A stretch of 64,000 bases of DNA from Raillietiella orientalis (Eukaryota): positions 1 to 64,000 of the forward strand of contig JAYWIR010000066.1 in assembly GCA_036172245.1 (NCBI GenBank). The letters are read 5' to 3'. Below are positions 59,401 to 64,000 of the stretch, in pieces. Numbering within the stretch: the first letter of the stretch is position 1; each line of letters opens with the position of its first letter. The notes beneath the pieces were generated by a model. That model did not search any database. It was not told where the DNA came from and saw nothing but the letters and a program-made list of their open reading frames with translations. The position numbers were made by a program, and so were the translations under genes.

Positions 59401-62400
59401 GCGGCCGCACCTTTCGTCGTGCAAAAAGAGTCGCCGTTCCCGTTGGCCGTCCTCGTCGCAGCTCCTACGCCTTGATGCGTTCCTTCTTCCCTCCCCGCCC
59501 CCCCTCTCCCGCTCTCCCGCCGGATGGAAGCAAGTGCTAAATTTAGGTTTAACCAAGTTACTGACAGTGTTGCCACGGCCGCTCCGCAGAACCGACGAAC
59601 GCGTTCGAAGAGAGCGCTAATCGCGTTAAGAGTCCCGAACCAGTCCCGAACCAGCTCGCACACGAGTCCATTTCCATTACCATACGTTTCCGGTGGCAAC
59701 CGATAGGAAGCGCCTCAGGGGCCTTGCGAAATCTGCATCGTGCGGATTTCGCCGGTGATGAGAGTACCCGTCGATTGCGAAGAGTGTGGGCCGCTTTCTC
59801 CCTCCTGCCGAACCGGGATGGCACGCACGAGGGCCCCACCGCGGGACAATCGAATTCAAAGTCGAAGGAGATGTTCGACCGAGAGCGGCAAGCATCACCG
59901 GCTTCCTGGGAACTGGGATTACGGCCAGAAGGCGCGCGGTGTTTCCCGTGGGAGGAAGGAAGGGCTTCTTGTCTAGACTACGAGTCCCGGACCTTTGGAA
60001 AATAAAACTGAAGCCTGGCCCAGAGCAGAGGAAGTCTGGAATGTGTGTGTGTGTGTTTTTTTTTCCTCTCCTGAGGACCAAGCACACTCGTGCTAATCCA
60101 TTCCCAGGAGTGGACGGTCCGTGGTCAATTGAAATCATTTCTGCAACCATGGATGTGCAGTGTGCGCTCGTCTTCGCACTCCCCAATTTCATCTTCGTGA
60201 AGGAATTTTCAAGTGGGAACGTGAAGGATACGCGTTCTGCTGTGGAATAATTTATAAGCAGCTTCGCAGTAATTAGAAAAATGTGCGCAAATGATTGATT
60301 ATTCTGTCGCGGAGCTCTCTCGTGTGCTCCCTTCATCATCCCCAGTTGGACTTTATTTTTTTTTTCCTTCTTTTTATGTCTTTGTTTGGATTAGCAAGCG
60401 GGTCCACGCATTCGAAGGATGGACTTGCGAGGAGATGCAACCCGCCCGTTTGAGAGTACTCGCGTTCCCCGAAGCAACGAGCAGGCAGACTCCCCTCCCT
60501 CCCAGACCCATCGGATTCGGGGTGCTCCTGGGAACGCACGCAAGATCTGGATGCTGCAAGAAGGGTGAAGCGAACTCCCTTTCCTTTCGTGGTGCCCACG
60601 ACTCGGGTGAGGAGCAGCAAGCAAATCCCGGTCAAAAGAACTCCTGCCCTCTCCCAAGCACGCACAGGGACGGCCGACCACCTTCAACCTTGACTGCTCG
60701 CGAATCCTCCAGTGAAGGAATAGGTCCACGACGGCATGCCTTCGGGGGGCGCGACGATCCGGGCTGAGGGTGCGCCACGTCGTGAATCCACGCGCGAAAA
60801 GCAAACAAGCAAGCAAGCAGTGCGCAGCGGGTGCCATTCCTGGAACCACACCACTCCCCTGCTAGAAAGAGGAGGGACTCCAGCTGATCCCGTCGAGCAC
60901 AAGCCATTCGTTCCGGAGGATCCGAAAATGAATTCCGCCTCCGTGCATCGAAGCGCGTGCACGTCCTCTGCCAAGTTAAAAACGCTGGTCAGCGCCGGTG
61001 GGAAGAAAAAGAAGACGATTCAAGCAGGCAGACATCTCCTTAAAACGGCCTACTCGGTTTCTTCGGGATCGAGTTCGAACCTGTATTAGGGAAAGAGCGA
61101 AACCTCGGACCGTGCTGCACAGACGCTTGGGCTTCCCCGGAGACGAAGAAGCTGGAACCGAAGTTCCTCGTGTCTTTAATCTTCCGGCAAGGAAGAAACA
61201 GGAAGTTTGTTCGATGCTTTGCCGCTGCCACCTTGCATTTCCAGACGAGAGCCAGCGAGCTCCGCAAAGTTTCCTCGCGGTCAGAGTGGGTCCACACGGA
61301 GGACACAGCGCTTTTCCACTGTGGAAACCAATGGGTGATATTTGCGCTGCTGACACCTTCCACAGAGTGTCTTGCGAGGTTCAAAAGACCCGAGTTGCGC
61401 GTTCGAACTTCACTTTCCGCTCCGAGGACACGCGCGAAAGGGCGTATGGGGAAAGCGGAATCCTCGGAGCGTCGGCGGCCGAAGGCATGCGAGTGGTCCA
61501 AAGGTCATCGTTAAATCCACGCGGACCGGCGAAACGGATGTTTGCTCTCCGTCCTTTCTCTCTCCGGACACACGCCCTGCCTGCCTGCATCCGCGATCAC
61601 GTCCGAAAGATGGAGAACGCCAGATGCCGTTGCCGCGGCAACCGGCGACTTTGCGAGATCCCTGCGAAAAGGCCTCCGTCGGAATCTCTGACCGGGAAAC
61701 CGCTGAGGGGTTCGTTTACGAAAGAGAAAGGAACGGACGAATGTGTAGGAATAGCTAAGAAACAGCGAAACAGCTGAGAGAAACGAGCAGCTTTGCAAAG
61801 TCCTGGATATTTGCCGGCTGAAAGGACGGCAGCAGCTTCAGGCACGCCCCGTCGTGTTCCGAAGAGCTGATTCAACAAAGGATTTGTTGCATCCTCAAAC
61901 CATGTGGTGAGGACAGTGCGGAACTTCGAAACGCGGAAATGAAGGACAGGGATGAATGAAACGAGGAAGCGATTTCTAGAGGAGCGGTAGGGGTCAATGT
62001 CCTCGCTCATCTTGATGCTTAAGAGAGAGAGGTTCGGAATAAGCTACCCGACTTGGCGTTCGTGATCTCATGAAGTTTCGAGAATTGCGCATCTGATCTC
62101 GGAATTCCGAGTCTCGCGATTGCCATGGTTACCATCTTTTTGCCGTGGAATAGGTGAACGTGAAGCGTTAAGAGGCTGCTAGCTCCTCATGATCGCATGG
62201 TCCACAGTCAGTCAGGTTCATGAATTCCAAAGATTCGAAGCCGAGAAGAAGAGGAAGGATGGAATGCTCGGGCATAGGAGATGCATTCGAGAATGGGAAG
62301 TGTGAAGGAAACAGAAAAACAGAGTTCGCACGTCGGTGGCAAATGCACTTTGTCGCACCTTTCTTCTTCTTCCCCCCCTTCTCCCTGATAATTCAGAGGA

Positions 62401-63490
62401 CACACAACGAATGCGGCGATTTAAATGAGTCAACGAAATGCTCAGAGACAAAATTGAGCTTCTCAAATACGATTTTCCGAACACTTAAGCACTTCAGTGG
62501 ACACTCAAAACGCATTATTCTGCTTCCACGAGCTTGTGGTACTTCACAGCACAAATGCACTCGCAGTTAATTACGAATTACTGCAGATTGTTTTTTTTTT
62601 TTTGATTTGATATATATATATATATGTTTTGGGTAGCATTTTTTCCTCCGGTTCTCTCAGATATGTCTCATCGCTTAAACGATTCCTGATTCGAAATATG
62701 CAAAAAGATGCTTTCATTGCAATCTTTCGTTTTATTGATCCTCCTCAAGAGTTCTCTGGCTGAAAAAAAAAAAAAAGGGAAAACTTCGGTTGCTCAGCTG
62801 CGTGTTCTCAGGCACTCGGAGGCTTACCATCTCCATCGGTCGCTTTGGCATTCCTTCCGGGACGTCAAAGAATTCTCATCTTTTCCGCCCAAGTTTCAGG
62901 AGGTCATTGCTATTGCTCGCAAGAGGAAAAAAAAAAAGGAGGGGATTTCAAAATGAAGAACGGACCCGAGATGGTCATCAACGACACCTGGACGCAAGAA
63001 GTGCTCCCGAACGGGAGCGAAAGTGCTCTCCTGTGGCCGGTCGGTCAGCTGCCACAGGCGAAGCAGCAAAAACATCGGGGAACAGTTCCGTACATCCTAA
63101 GAGCTGCTGCCGTGACGCAGAACGACGGATGCGGTCCGCAACTGACGTTTCCCCGCAGATGACTGAGGTCGTTTTCCAGTCGGATTACCATCGAGTGTCC
63201 GCCGGTCTTTGCTGGTCGGAGGGTGGCTCGAGTGTGGATCCTCGCCACGCGGCAGGGACGGCCGCCCTGCGCAGTCAAGTGAATGTGATGGTTTCAAACG
63301 GACTTTTGGTTTCCACAGGCGGTCTCCGGTGTCGAACACTTCCCGAATGGGGTCGAGTTCAAGTTGGATGGGACCCAACTACTGGTGATTACTACTCAAA
63401 TTAAGTGTCAGCACCGAGCAGAACACTGGCGGCGGCGGAGAACCCACTTGATCTGACCACGCATGTGTTTTTCATATTCGGGCTGAGCTC

Positions 63491-63524
<34 letters not shown>

Positions 63525-64000
63525 ACACCCACGTGCTACAGCAGTTCCTATGTATTCAGAAAATTATTAGTCGCGTCATTCAATGTTTGAAAGCAAAACA
63601 AAAAATATATCCTGCAGCTTAAAGCACGCTGAAAGGCGCGTCCACCGAGCTGTCTACTGAGTGGCAAGTGGAACCACGGAAAGATCCCGAGTGCGAGTTT
63701 GGGAGAACAAGGAAAAAAAAAAAAAAAAAAAAAAGGGACCCGTTCCAAGGAAGCCTCCCATCTTCTGAGGAAAGCTCGCTTACAGTTTCAACCGCACTTT
63801 CTCAAAGGGCGAAACGAGCCAAAAGTCTGGAAAACGAACGATCGCTCTAACGGTTTGTGAAGCCACCTCTTCCCATGCTGAGGGCCCACTTTCGACTGGG
63901 AAAATAGGTGGCAGTGAAACCCACCTCGCGGTGCAACACCCGTCTTCCAGCAGGTTGGAGTTTCTGCGATCGCTTCCGCAGAGCTCTTCGAAAATCGGAA

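Noticed and set aside
60085..60240. Minus-strand EIGECEDERTL...VHSWEWIS resembling the M14 carboxypeptidase HAREWIS motif
   Set aside because: In-frame stops and no convincing further motifs (NPDG, RKNR). Too weak to call even a pseudogene.
62950..63460. Possible plus-strand exons after good acceptors (63158, 63318)
   Set aside because: Translations match no family I recognise and do not splice into a consistent open frame.

Overview
This is eukaryotic, most likely arthropod/protostome, genomic DNA that is GC-rich and dominated by repeats. One intact protein-coding gene can be supported: a four-exon, minus-strand prohormone-4 (IDLSRF-like neuropeptide precursor) homologue at 5939-24677, encoding 204 aa with an LDL-receptor class A module. 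Its predicted mature peptide (MELFHVFNQQDGRDNH) departs strongly from the canonical IDLSRFYGHFNT-type peptide. Most of the rest is remains of L1/Tx1-clade non-LTR retrotransposons. The best-preserved copy (about 26700-30278, minus) keeps an uninterrupted 458-aa RT reading frame. It has been hit by a ~230-bp mitochondrial ND2 insertion (NUMT) and by a 94-bp retroelement tail with a 16-bp target-site duplication. A ~0.6-0.8 kb tRNA-derived SINE family occurs in six copies and ends in a motif resembling the LINE 3' ends, which carry a stem-loop plus AATAAA but no poly(A). Also present are several minisatellites (63, 19 and 23 bp units), inverted-repeat structures, a probable decayed Mutator-like transposase and a candidate CpG-type promoter near 59.2 kb. 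No CRISPR array, rRNA or genuine tRNA gene was seen. All family assignments come from motif recognition by eye, without database searches.
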